Assembly (NCBI GenBank): GCA_028826165.1
Contig: JAPDFW010000066.1
Coordinates: forward strand, 434,001 to 498,000
Reading direction: 5' to 3'
Length of the DNA stretch: 64,000 nucleotides
Source: Anaeramoeba ignava BMAN
Taxonomy: Eukaryota > Protista > Anaeramoebae
Positions within the stretch are counted from its first letter, which is position 1, and each line of letters opens with the position of its first letter. The translations under genes were made by a program, and so were the position numbers. Positions 21,994-35,279 of this stretch are shown here, one piece after another. The notes beneath the pieces are model-generated. The model made no database searches and was not told the origin of the DNA. It was given only the letters and a program-made list of their open reading frames with translations.

Positions 21994-24900
21994 TTAAACT
22001 TGATTGTTAGAAGTAACAACAGTATTTTGAATTGAATCCTAAAATAAAAGAATTTAAATTAATTTTAAATAATTTTAAATAATTTTAAATAATTTTAATT
22101 TTAAATAATTTTAAATATAAATTTACAAAAACGTTTTTAATATTATCTGTATCAGTCGCACAAGTAAAATGAGTAATAATTTGTCTTTGTGCTTTCTTTG
22201 ATTTAATAGTTCCAGTTTCAAGAAATTTGTTTTTAATAAATTCTGTAGCATTATTATAATTCAAACCTCCATCATATTCAGGCCAACAAACAGTTAAATC
22301 AACTTTGGAAATTTTTTCTTCAAAAAGATCTCTTTTATTAAATAAAAGAATACAATTCTTTTTCTTAAATGATGGATGATTCACTGTTTTATCAAATAAT
22401 GCTAGTGATTCTCTCATTCTATTAATTGATTCATCTTCATATAGTTTTTGATCGTATTCGCTCAGTGCAACTACATAAATCAAAACTGTTACATCATCAA
22501 ATTGATGGATCCATTTTCTTCTTTCTGATCTTTGTCCTCCAACATCCACAACTCTTTTAAATTATTTTAATTTTAATTTTAATTTTAATTTTAATTTTAA
22601 TATTTAATTCTAATTTTAATTTTAATTTTTAATTTTAATTTTTAATTTTTAATTTTAATTTTAATTTTAATTTTAATTTTTATTTTAAATTTGATTTTAA
22701 TTTTAATTTCAATTTTAATTTTAATTTTAATTTTAATTTTAATTTTAATTTTTAATTTTAATTTTTAATTTTAATTTTAATTTTAATTTTAATTTTAATT
22801 TTAATTTTAATTTTAATTTTAATTTTAATTTTAATTTTTAATTTTTAATTTTAATTTTAATTTTAATTTTAATTTTAATTTTAATTTTATTTTTAATTTT
22901 AATTTTTAATTTTAATTTTAATTTTAATTTTTAATTTTAATTTTAATTTTAATTTTAATTTTAATTTTAATTTTTAATTTTAATTTTCGATTTTAATTTT
23001 AATTTTAATTTTGATTTTAATTTTGATTTTAGTTTTAATTTTAATTTTAAATTTAATTTTAAATTTGATTTTAATTTTAATTTTAATTTTATAAATGAAT
23101 TTTAATTTTAAATTTAATATTAATATTGATTTTAATTTTAATTTTAATTTTAATTTTAATTTTAATTTTAATTTTAATTTAAATTTTGATTTTAATTTTA
23201 ATTTTAATTTTAATTTTAAATTTAATTTTAATTTTTAATTTTAATTTTAATTTTAATTTTAATTTTAATTTTAATTTAATTTTTAAATTTAATTTTAATT
23301 TTTAAATTTTAATTATAATTTTAATTTTAATTTTAATATTAAATATTAAATTACCTCCAAGGTAAATCTTTTAATGTAAAAGTTAAAACTTTAACTCCTG
23401 TTGTTGGAATTCTACTTCTAAGAACATCTTGTTCAGATGGACTATAACTTGGTTCAATAATTCTATCAATATTATCCAAAAAACTATATCAAAAAAAGAA
23501 AAAGAAAAAAATTTAAATTGATTTTTTTTTTTAAATAATTTTTAGAAATAATTACTATGAAGCTGAGTCTGGAAGTTGAAATTCAGATCTTCTATCATAA
23601 GCAATTCTTAAAGCAGGATCTTTCCATAATCTTTTAATACTTTGAACAACATTTGGGGGTACCATAGTTTTACTTAAACCTGCAGATTCAAGAAAATCAT
23701 CTGCAAGATCCTATTTTAAGTTATAATTTTAATTTTGAATTTAATTTTAATTTTAATTTTAATTTTAATTTTAATTTTAATTTTAATTTTTAAATTTTAA
23801 TTTTAATTTTAATTTTAATTTTAATTTTAATTTTAATTTTAATTTTAATTTTAATTTTAATTTTAATTTTAATTTTAATTTTAATTTTAATTTTAATTTT
23901 TAATTTTAATTTTAATTTTAATTTTAATTTTAAAATTTAATTTTAATTTTAATTTTTAATTTTAATTTTTAATTTTAATTTTAATTTTAATTTTTAATTT
24001 TTATTTTAATTTAAATTTTAAATTTTTAATTTTAATTTTAATTTTAATTTTAAATTTTAATTTTAATTTTAATTTTAATTTTAATTTTAAATTTTTAATT
24101 TTAATTTTAATTTTAATTTTAATTTTAATTTTAATTTTAATTTTAATTTTAAATTTTAATTTTAATTTTGATTTTAATTTTAATTTTAATTTTAATTTTA
24201 ATTTTAATTTTAATTTTAATTTTAATTTTGATTTTAATTTTAATTTTAAATTTAATTTTAATTATAATTTTTAAATGAATTTTAATTTTAATTTTATAAA
24301 TGAATTTTAATTTTAATTTAAATTTTAAATTGAATTATTTTTTTTTCGCAAAATTGATAAAAAAAACCTCATTTTCTTTTAGAAGAGGAATATTCAATTC
24401 TCTAGCAGCATTAATCAACATTTTAGTGTGTGCAATTAAATTAAATCGAATAACATTAAGATAAGCTTTCTTATCTTCATCAGTAAAACCTTCTTTAAAA
24501 AGAATTTGAATTTGTTTAACAAAAGTACTTTTTCCAGAATCACCAGTTCCTTTTAAAATTATCAATTAAATTATAAATAAAAATTGTAAATAAAATTATA
24601 AATCAAATTATAAATTAAATTATAAATAAAATTGTAAATTAAATTATAAATTAAATAATAAATAAAATTATAAATAAAATTATAAACAAAATTATAAATA
24701 ATATTATAAATAAAATTATAAATAATATTATAAACAAAATTATAAATTAAATTATAAATAAAATTATAAATAAAATTATAAATTAAATTATAAATCAAAT
24801 TATAAATAAAATTATAAATAAAATTATAAATAAAAATAAAAGTGTAAAATTATAAATAAAAATTATAAATAAAATTGTAAATTAAATTATAAATCAAATT

Positions 24901-25579
24901 GTAAATCAAATTATAAATTAAAATTATAAATAAAATTATAAATTAAATTATAAATAAAATTATAAATAAAATTATAAATAAAATTATAAATTAAATTATC
25001 TATTTTTTGTTTCTTTTTCATTTGTAATTTTCCACATTTTTATCTTAATAAATTCGTTAAAATTAATCATAAATAAAATAATTATATTATTTAATGGTAA
25101 TTCGTCAATAATTTTAATTCAAAAATTATTATCAAATTCAATAAATTTTTGAATAGTTTTTTTTTTTTTGATTATATTATTTTTAAATAATTATTTTATT
25201 TGATTTAAGTAAATAAATTAAATGCCAAATGTTTTTTATTAATATTTATAAGTAATATTTATTTTTTAGCAATTTTTATAATTATTTTTTTATTATTGCA
25301 AAGTCATCAAACCAAAAAAAATATTTTTAAAAAAAAAAACACAACAAAAAAAATCAAAAATCATATTTTTTTTTTTAAATGGTAATTTTTTTTTTTTGAT
25401 CTGAAAGTTTTTTTAATTAATTTTTAATTAAATAAATTGAATAAATAAATACCAGTGATCAACAACTTAATTTCTTTTGCTGCGATCTCTTTCTCTTTTT
25501 GTAGTCTTTCTTCGATCTCTTTGTTTTTCTTTTCTTCTTGTTTTCGTAATCTTTTTGCTCTTGATAATTTAGAACCCAT
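21994..25579 (-). CDS. Heterotrimeric G-protein alpha subunit (6 exons)
   Basis: MGSKLS myristoylation-type start, KLLITGTGDSGKST, DVLRSRIPTTGV, DVGGQRSERRKW, LLFNKRDLF, HFTCATDT. All introns are GT-AG. Last exon is DSIQNTVVTSNNQV*. Confidence 0.93.
22560..24340. repeat. (AATTTT)n microsatellite tracts filling G-alpha introns; representative of similar tracts at 10520-10980, 13400-13640, 47820-49680 and 63190-63557
   Basis: Directly visible hexamer arrays. Confidence 0.9.
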
Positions 25580-25749
25580 AAAAAAAATGGCAAAAGAAAA
25601 AATAACAACAATAAAAACAAAAAAAAAATGAATTAAAAAAAAATTAAAAAAAAAATTTAAAATTAAAAAAAAAAGAGGAAAAAAAATAAAATTAAAAAAA
25701 TATTTTTTCTCCTTTTTTTTTTCATTTTTTTTCTTTTTTAAATTATTCT
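25580..25749. promoter_or_regulatory. Compact bidirectional promoter (G-alpha / XRCC1) with opposed TCAT(T) initiator-like motifs
   Basis: 170 bp between divergent ATGs. AAAATGAA at about 25625 (minus strand) and TTCATTTT at 25721 (plus strand). The same layout occurs at 3139-3315 and 40897-41018. Confidence 0.55.
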
Positions 25750-28700
25750 ATGAATTCAATTCAATTATCAATTATTGAATGTTCTTCTCAAAGTCATTCA
25801 AATCCTGCAATAAATATATTAAATGATGATCCAAATAAAGTTTGGTTAGCAGAAAAAAATCAACAAAAAGCTGATTTACTTATTCAATTAAACAAAGAAA
25901 TAATAATTAATAAAATTATTTTATTAAATGCAGGTTCTCATTGTGTTGAAGTAATTTATAATATTAATATTAATTTTTATTTAAATTTTAATTTTAATTT
26001 ATTTTAATTTTAATATTTGATTTTAATTTTAATTTTAATTTTAATTTTAATTTTAATTTTTAATATTAATATTAATTTTAATTTTAATAAATAATTTTAA
26101 TTTTAATTTTAATTTTAATTTTAATTTTAATTTTAATTTTAATTTTAATTTTAATTTTATAAATGAATTTTAATTTTAATTTTATAAATGAATTTTAATT
26201 TTAATTTTAATTTTAATTTTAATTTTAATTTTAATTTTATAAATGAATTTTAATTTTTGATTTTTCAAAGATTTTAGTTGGAAAATCAAAAGAAAAAAGC
26301 ATTTTTAAAGTAATAATACCAAATACACAATTGATGTCACCAAACGAAATCAAAAACAACACAAATTCAAATCGAAAATTTGAATTTCCAAGTGATAAAT
26401 TTCCAAGATTAGTTAAAAATGAAAAATGGGATCAAATTATGATAAAAATATCACATATTGGAATAGGACCAAATGATACAATTGGATTATCATATTTAGA
26501 AATCAAAGGAGGAGAATTAGCTAATACAACATCTCAACAATCTAGAGAAAGGAAAATACCAACATCTTTATTATCTTTATTTTCAAAATCAACTAATACA
26601 AATCAAGTGGATTTATCTGTTAAAAATTTACAAAAAGATGATAATTTAAAGAAAGATGATGATTTAAAAAAACCACAAAATTTAAAAAAAAGAAAGAAAA
26701 AAATTGAGAAAGATAATGAATCAGATAATAAACAAATTAAAAAAGAAAAGAAAAAGCAATCAAAAAAATCAAAAGATACAAAAAAATCAAAAGATACAAA
26801 AAATAAAAAAGATACAAAAGATACAAAAGATACAAAAAATAGAAAAGATATAAAAGATAAAAAAGATAAAAAAGATACAAAAGATAAAAAAGATAAAAAA
26901 GATAAAAAAGATAAAAAAGATAAAAAAGATAAAAAGATACAAAAGATACAAAAGATACAAAAGATATACAAAAGATAAAAAGATACAAAAGATACAAAAG
27001 ATACAAATATTTCAAAACCTGCTTTTGTATTTCTTTATTCATTTTTAAAAATTACTGAATTTGATTTTTATTCTATTTTTCTCATATTTTCTTTGGACAT
27101 ATTTATTTATAATTTAAAAGGATGGTGTTCTATTTACATTATCAGGATTTCAAGGAGATGAAAGAAAAGAATTAAGAGAAAAAGGAATTAAATTAGGTGC
27201 TAAATATGATAAAAGTATTACTCCAAAATGTACTCATTGTGTTGCTGCATTTTTAAATGTTTTTAAAGTTAAAGAAGCTCAAAGTAATTTTTATTTTAAA
27301 TTTTTTAAAAAATTTTAATTAAAAATTATTATTATTATTATTATTATTTTTTTAAAATTATTATTTTTACAACATTAAATTATTACCTTCAAAATCAGAA
27401 GATTATTATTATGATTACAGATGATGAAAAAAGTGATAACAAATATGATTTAAATGTAAAACATCTGAAAAATAGACTATTCATTTACAAATTATTTACA
27501 AACTTATTTACAAACTAAATATAAAATTAAATATAAAATTATTTATAAACTATTTATTAAATTATTTATTTTACAAACTTATTTACAAACTAAATATAAA
27601 ATTATTTATAAAATTATTTACATATTTAAATATAAAATTATTTATAAAATTATTTTATAAAATTAAATATAAAATTATTTATAAAATTATTTTATAAAAT
27701 TATTTATAAAATTAATTATAAAATTATTTATTATTATAAAATTAATTATAAAATTAAATATAAAATTAAATTATATTATTATTTTAAAATGGTCAATTTG
27801 TTGTTAAAAAGAAAATTATAGATTCAGAAAAAGAGAATAAAAATTATTTGAAAAATTATTCTTTTACAACAAAAATTATTTCAAAATCAGAAAAATTAAT
27901 GATGAAAAATTAATTATAAATTTTAAATAAAAAATTGAAAATATAAAATTCATTTACAAATTATTTACAAAATTATTTATAAAATTAAATATAAAATTAA
28001 ATAAAATTTATACTTAATTATAAAATTAATTATAAAATTATTTATAAAATTATTTATAAAATTATTTACAAAATTATTTATAAAATTATTTATAAAATTA
28101 ATTATAAAATTAATATAAAATTAAATATAAAATTATTTATAAAATTATTTATAAAATTATTTATAAAATTAAATATAAAATTATTTATAAAATTATTTAT
28201 AAAATTAATTATAAAATTAATTATAAAATTAAATATAAAATTATTTATAAAATTATTTATAAAAATTATTTAAAATAAAATTAAAATTTTTATAAAAATT
28301 ATTTATAAAATTATTTATAAAAATTTATAAAATTATTTATAAAATTATTTTATAAAATTATTTATAAAATTATTTATAAAATTAATTATATAAAATTATT
28401 TATAAAAATTATTTTAAAATTATTTATAAAATTATTTATAAAATTAAATATAAAAATTAATAAAATTAATTATAAAATTATTTATAAAATTATTTATAAA
28501 ATTATTTATAAAAATTATATATAAAATTAAATATAAAATTATTTATAAAATTAAATATAAAATTAAATATAAAAATAAATATAAAATTATTTATAAAATT
28601 AAAATGTAAAAATTTATAAAATTATTTATAAAATTATTTATAAAATTTATTTATAAAATTATTTATAAAATTATTTATAAAATTATTTATAAAATTAATT

Positions 28701-29657
28701 ATAAAATTAAATTAATTATAAAATTAAATATAAAATTAAATATAAAATTATTTTATAAAATTAAATATAAAATTAAATATAAAATTAAATATAAAATTAA
28801 TTGTAAAATTAAATGTAAAAATTATTTATAAAATTATTTATAAAATTATTTTATAAAATTATTTATAAAATTATTTATAAAATTATTTATAAAATTATTT
28901 ATAAAATTATTTATTAAATTAATTATAAAATTAAATATAAAATTAATTATAAAATTATTTGTAAAATTAAATGTAAAATTATTTATAAAATTATTTATAA
29001 AATTATTTATAAAATTAAATATAAAATTATTTATAAAATTATTTATAAAATTATTTATAAAATTAATTATAAAATTAAATATAAATTTATTTATAAAATT
29101 AAATATAAAATTATTTATAAAATTATTTATAAAATTATTTATAGAATTATTTATAAAATTATTTATAAAATTAAATATAAAATTATTTATAAAATTATTT
29201 ACATATTTATAAATAGGATCCTTTTATAAATGATTCTGATGATGATAACCAAAATGTATCCAATTCCACTTCCGATTCAGAATATGTTCCAAGTAATTCA
29301 GAAAGTGAAAAAGAAGTTAAACAAGAAAAAAAACAAAGAATTGATATTAATTCAATTTCATCAAATTTTCAAATTGAAGAATTTTTACCAAATTTTTTCA
29401 ATCAATTAAAATTTTTAATTGATGAAAAATTTTTATCAAATTCTAAAAAAAGAAAATCAATAATTAGACTTATTATTGCTTATGGAGGAATTGTTCAAAA
29501 TTTTAAAGATTCTTCAATTAATTTTATTGTTGTTAATCAAAATTTTGCAAAAAGTTTCACAGAAAAATCAAATGCAAAATTTATTTCTTTAAAATGGATT
29601 GAATTATGTGATGAAAAACAAGAAAGATTAGATCCAAAACCTTATATAATTAAATAA
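25750..29657 (+). CDS. XRCC1: XRCC1-like single-strand break repair scaffold (NTD + BRCT1 + BRCT2); one exon corrupted
   Basis: NTD: CSSQ...PA.NIL......W, NAGS..VEILVG, LMSP.E.....N.NR, KWD. BRCT1: LSGFQG.ER.ELR.K...LGAKY......CTH.VAAF. BRCT2: LPNFF....F...IR.IIAYGG...WI.YC.EKQ..L. Confidence 0.88.
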
Positions 29658-31230
29658 AAGAAAACCTTTATTTTTTTTAATTAAAAATTTTTTTTTTTAT
29701 TTTTTCGTAATTTTGAGTTAAAATTAGTAATTATTTTAAAAACAAAAAAAAACAAAAAAAAATTTTTTTTCTTTTTTTTTTAATTTTATTTTTCATTTTT
29801 TTTTTCATTTTCTTGTTCAATTTAAATTTTTTAGAATGAAGTTTGTTTTATTTTTTAAAATATAAAATACATAAAAATTAAAAATTATAAATTATAAATT
29901 TTTAAAACATTTAGACTTGAAATTTGTTCATTCAGTGGCACAAAAATTGTTCCAGGAAGAGGAATGCGTTTTGTTAGAAGTGATGGAAAAGTATTTTATT
30001 ATTTTTAAACAATTAAAAAAAATTTTTTTAATTATTTTATTTTTAATTTTTTAATTTTTAAAAAAAAAAAAGTCTTTTATTTTCTTCAGTAAAAAATGTT
30101 ATTCTTTATTTGATAACAAGAAAAATCCAAGAAAAATTGCATGGACACAATTTTATAGAAGAATCCATAAAAAAGTAATTTATAAAATTATTTATAAAAT
30201 TATTTATAAAATTACAATTTTTATTTATAAAATTAAATTTAAATTTAAAATTATTAATAAAATTAAATATTAAATTATTTATTAAATTAAATATAAAATT
30301 CATTTATAAAATTAAATATAAAATTAAATATAAAATTATTTATAAAATTAAAATTAAAAATCAGAAAAATTAAAATTCAATTATAAAATTAATATAAAAT
30401 TATTTATAAAATAAAAATTAAAATTATTTATAAAATTATTTATAAAATTATTTATAAAATTATTTTATAAAATTATTTATAAAATTATATATAAAAATTA
30501 AATATAAAATTAAATAAAAATAAAAATTAAAAAAATTATAAAAATATATAAAATTAATTATAAAATTATTTATAAAATTATTTATATAATTAAAATTAAA
30601 ATTTAAATTTAATATTATTTATAAAATTATTTTATAAAATTATTTTTTATAAAATTATTTTATAAAATTATTTATAAAATTATTTATAAAATTATTTTAT
30701 AAAATTATTTATAAATTATTTATAAAATTATTTATAAAATTATTTATAAAATTATTTATAAAATTATTTATAAAATTATTTATAAAATTATTTATAAAAA
30801 TTTATAAAATTATTTTATAAAAATTTATAAAATTATTTTATAAAATTATTTAGAAAAATTATTTATAAAATTATTTATAAAATTATTTATAAAATTATTT
30901 ATAAAAATTTATAAAAATTTATAAAATTATTTATAAAATTATTTATAAAATTATTTATAAACTTATTTATAAAATTATTTTATAAAAATTTATAAAATTT
31001 ATAAAATTATTTATAAAATTATTTATAAAATTATTTATAAAATTATTTATAAAATTATTTATAAAATTATTTATAAAATTATTTATAGAATTATTTATAA
31101 ATTATTTATAAAATTAATTATAAAATTATTTATAAAATTATTTATAAAATTATTTATAAAATTATTTATAAAATTATCTATAAAATTATTTATAAAATTA
31201 AAATTAAAATTATTTATAAAATTAATATTA
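27480..31230. repeat. (TTATAAAATTAT)n 12-bp arrays in XRCC1 (27480-29210) and RPL24 (30180-31230) introns
   Basis: Directly visible. The same unit occurs in two adjacent genes. Confidence 0.88.
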
Positions 31231-31566
31231 AAAAATGTTTAGAATGAAGATGCTTTTATTAAAAAAAAAAAAACAAGAAGAGTTCAGAAATATCAAAGAG
31301 GAATTGAAGGAGCATCAATAGAACAAATTAAAGCAAGAAGACAACAAAAACCAGAAGTTAGACAACAATTAAGAGAAGAAGCAATTAAAGAATTAAAAGC
31401 AAGAAAACAACAAAAAGAAGAACAAAGAAAGAAATTATCTCAACAGAAAAAAAAGGTTTCAAAAGACACTAAAGTTGCTCAAAAAATTTCTAATCGTGAA
31501 AAAAAGAAAATGCAAAAAAGTCAAAATCGTGGAAAAGTTTCTCAACAATCTGGCAAAAGATACTAA
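29836..31566 (+). CDS. RPL24: 60S ribosomal protein eL24 (4 exons; first exon ATGAA)
   Basis: [36 protein letters not shown]...[19 protein letters not shown]...[16 protein letters not shown]...KPEVR. This matches cytosolic eL24 rather than Rlp24. Confidence 0.93.
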
Positions 31567-31839
31567 TTTCTATTTTTTTTCCGTTTTTTTTTCTTTCATT
31601 TTTTTTTTACATTCCAATTCCCCTTTCAATTTTTTCGTTTCTCATCATAATTTCTCATTTTTCTTTTTAAAATCAACTAGAAAATAAAGTCTCAAAAATC
31701 AATAAAATTAAATTTGAATTTTGATTTCATTTTAAAGAAATTCACCAAGTCAACAAAAATAACGGTTTTTGGAGATCTTTTTCTTGGAAACTTTTCATTT
31801 TATTAAAAATATCCACTTTTTTCATTTTTTTTTTCTTTA

Positions 31840-34390
31840 ATGAGTTTTGAATGCCCAATTTGTTTTGAGCGTTATTCTTCACAAAGAAAACCTTATACGA
31901 TTTGTCAAGAAGGTCATTGTGTTTGTGAATTATGTTTACAACAACTTGTTGAATGCCCATTCTGCAGAGTTTCATTGGATTATTATCCACAAACTTTCAA
32001 TCGAACACTTTTACAAGAAATGGAAGAACAAGAAAGGAAAAAATTGGAAAAAAAGAAAAAGAAAATGCAACAAATTCAACAAGAAAAAATTGAACAACAA
32101 AAAGTGGTGAATTGGGAAGGTGAATTGTTATTTTTCTCATTTTCTCATTTTGATCTTATTTTTTCTCTAAATTTTTAGTAATTCCTCTGATATCAATATC
32201 AAAAAAATAAATTCCAATGCAAAGAAAAGTTTCTTTGAAGCAATGATCAAAGCAATGAATAATTTCCAAATTAAATTCTTTTTAAAAACAAATTCTTTTA
32301 ATTTTAATGTAATTTTAAATTCAAAATTAATTTAAAAATTAGAAAATCAAAAAGAAATTCAAGAAAAGAAAGGAATTGCATGAATAATTTCCCAAAATGA
32401 AAAATATCAACAATGAATAATTTCCCAAATAATGAAAATATTCAATATCAAGGATGTGAAGTTTCAATCTTATATAATTTCCCAAATAATGAAAATCATT
32501 CATTTAATAATCAAGGTAAATTTCCTTTTTTTAAAACAAATTCTTTAATTTTAATGTAATTTTAAATTCAAAATTAATTTAAAAATTAGAAAATCAAAAA
32601 GAAATTCAAGAAAAGAAAGGAATTGAAGCAATAATCAAAGCAATGAATAATTTCCCAAATAGTGAAAATATTCAATATCAAGGATGTGAAGTTTTAAAAA
32701 ATATTTCACTTAATAATCAAGGTAAATTTTTCATTTCTTTTAAAACAATTATCTAGTTCAAATTAATCTTAATTCTTTTTCAAATTGAATATTCATACTT
32801 TTTTTCTTCCTTAATTCGAAATAGAAATGCAGATCCATTTTCAATTCCCCATTTTGAACACCCAAAATTCCACAAACCAATTCGGGAAGAAGATAAACTG
32901 GTCACCGATCAGTAACAAGAACAAGGAAAAAGATTTACAAGATTATCACCAGAGGAAAAAGCAGAAAAAAAAGGAAAAGAAAAGGAAGGCAACAGAAATT
33001 GTGATGAAAGATAAATACAAAAAAACCAAAAGAAAAAAGGAAATAATTCCAACGTTAGATTTGAATCTTATATCCATAATTATTCAAGCAATGAATAATT
33101 TCCCAAATAGTGAAAATATTCAATATCAAGGATGTGAAGTTTTAAAAAATCTTTCATTTAATAATCAAGGTAAATTTCTTTTTTTTTTTTTTTAAAACAA
33201 GAATTATTTTCATTCTAATTAACCAAAATTTCAATTCCCAAACCCTTAAATTAAAGCAAAAAAGAAAAACAACAACGAATCTCACAATCAATTCCAAAAT
33301 CCTATTGTTCTTAAATCTCAAAATCAATATCGAATTCAAAGTGGATATTCTTATAAAAATCAACCTCAAAGACGATCTGGAAATCAGTTTCAGAGTCAAG
33401 TCCAAAATCAAACAAAGATTCGAGTGTTGAAAGGAATTGAAGCAATAATCAAAGCAATGAATAATTTCCCAAATAGTGAAAAAATTCAATATCAAGGATG
33501 TGGAGCTTTAAAAAATCTTTCATTTAATAATCAAGGTAATTTTTCATTTCTTTTAAAACAAGAATTATTTTCTTTCAAATTAATTCTAATCCTTTCCAAA
33601 ACCAAATTTAAAAATTAGAAAATCAAACAAGGATTCGAGAATTGAAAGGAATTGAAGCAATAATCAAAGCAATGAATAATTTCCCAAATAATGAAAAAAT
33701 TCAATATCAAGGATGTGGAGCTTTAAAAAATCTTTCATTTAATAATCAAGGTAATTTTTCATTTCTTTTAAAACAAGAATTATTTTCTTTCAAATTAATT
33801 CTAATCCTTTCCAAAACCAAATTTAAAAATTAGAAAATCAAACAAAGATTCGAGAATTGAAAGGAATTGAAGCAATAATCAAAGCAATGAATAATTTCCC
33901 AAATAGTGAAAAAATTCAATATCAAGGATGTGGAGTTTTAAAAAAACTTTCACTTAATAATCAAGGTAATTTTTCATTTCTTTTAAAACAAGAATTATTT
34001 TAATTTCAAATTAATTCTAATCCTTTCCAAAACCAAATTTAAAAATTAGAAAATCAAACAAAGATTCGAGTGTTGAAAGGAATTGAAGCAATAATCAAAG
34101 CAATGAATAATTTCCCAAATAATGAAAAAATTCAATATAAAGGATGTGGAGCTTTAAAAAATCTTTCACTTAATAATCAAGGTAAATTTTCATTTCTTTT
34201 AAAACAAGAATTATTTTAATTTCAAATTAATTCTAATCCTTTCCAAAACCAAATTTAAAAATTAGAAAATCTTGATGAAATCCAAAGTTTACAAGGAATT
34301 CAATTAATAATTAATTTGATGAATAATTTCCCAAATAACTCATCTCTTCAAGAAATAGCTTGCGAAACTTTATCTCAATTAATGAATTAA
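31840..34390 (+). CDS. RING finger + coiled coil + armadillo-like repeat protein, copy A (partly corrupted at 32180-32520)
   Basis: RING: CPIC..C.EGHCVC..C.....CPFC. Repeated 132-nt exons encode GIEAIIKAMNNFPNSEKIQYQGCGALKNLS. Confidence 0.75.
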
Positions 34391-34570
34391 ATTGGAAAAG
34401 AAAACTCAATAATTACTCTTTTCTCTTTTTCAAAATTCCATTTTATTTTTCTTTCCTTTAATCATTAAATAAGAAACAAAATCAATAAAATTAAATTTTG
34501 ATTTTTGATTTTATTTAAAAGAAAATAATCTTTTTTAAAAAAATGGAAAATAAATGTTTTCTTTTGTTTT

Positions 34571-34795
34571 TTAATCATTTAAATCATCTAATTCTTTTTC
34601 TTCTCTAAAACGAGGATTTTTTTGAGTTTTTTGATTATTTTCTCGAATTCTTTTAATTTCTTCAAAATTTTGATTTCTGTGAAAATTCTTTCTATTAATT
34701 CTTGTTTCTTTTGATCTTTCAGTCATTGTTTGACTTTTTTTTAATCCATAACCACCTCTTCCTGGATCATAATCATCTCTATATTCATCTCTAAC
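34571..34795 (-). pseudogene. Orphan duplicate of the last exon of CBP20
   Basis: Essentially identical to 39060-39284 ([17 protein letters not shown]...). The upstream CBP20 exons are absent; the intron microsatellite runs into the 5' region of RING-ARM copy B. Confidence 0.8.
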
Positions 34796-35279
34796 CTAAA
34801 AATATTTTTGAATTTTTCAATTTGAATTTGATTTTGATTTTCATTTTGATTTGATTTTGATTTTAATTTTGATTTTGATTTTGAATTTGAATTTTGATTT
34901 TGATTTGAATTTTATTTTGATTTTGATTTTGATTTTGATTTTGATTTTGATTTTGAATTTTGATTTTGATTTTGATTTTAAATTTAATTTTGATTTTGAT
35001 TTTTATTTTCATTTTCATTTTGATTTTGATTTTGATTTTGAATTTAATTTTGAATTTGAATTTTGAATTTTGATTTTGATTTTAAATTTGAATTTGAATT
35101 TGAATTTGAATTTGAAATTGATATTGATTTTAATTTTGATTTTGAATTTGATTTTGAATTTTATTTAAATCAGACAATCATCAAAATGAGTCATTTTTGT
35201 TTTTAAAATTGTCCACTTTTTGTTTTTATTTAAAAACCAATTTTCAAAAAGTCGACTTTTTTCATTTTTTTTTTCATAA

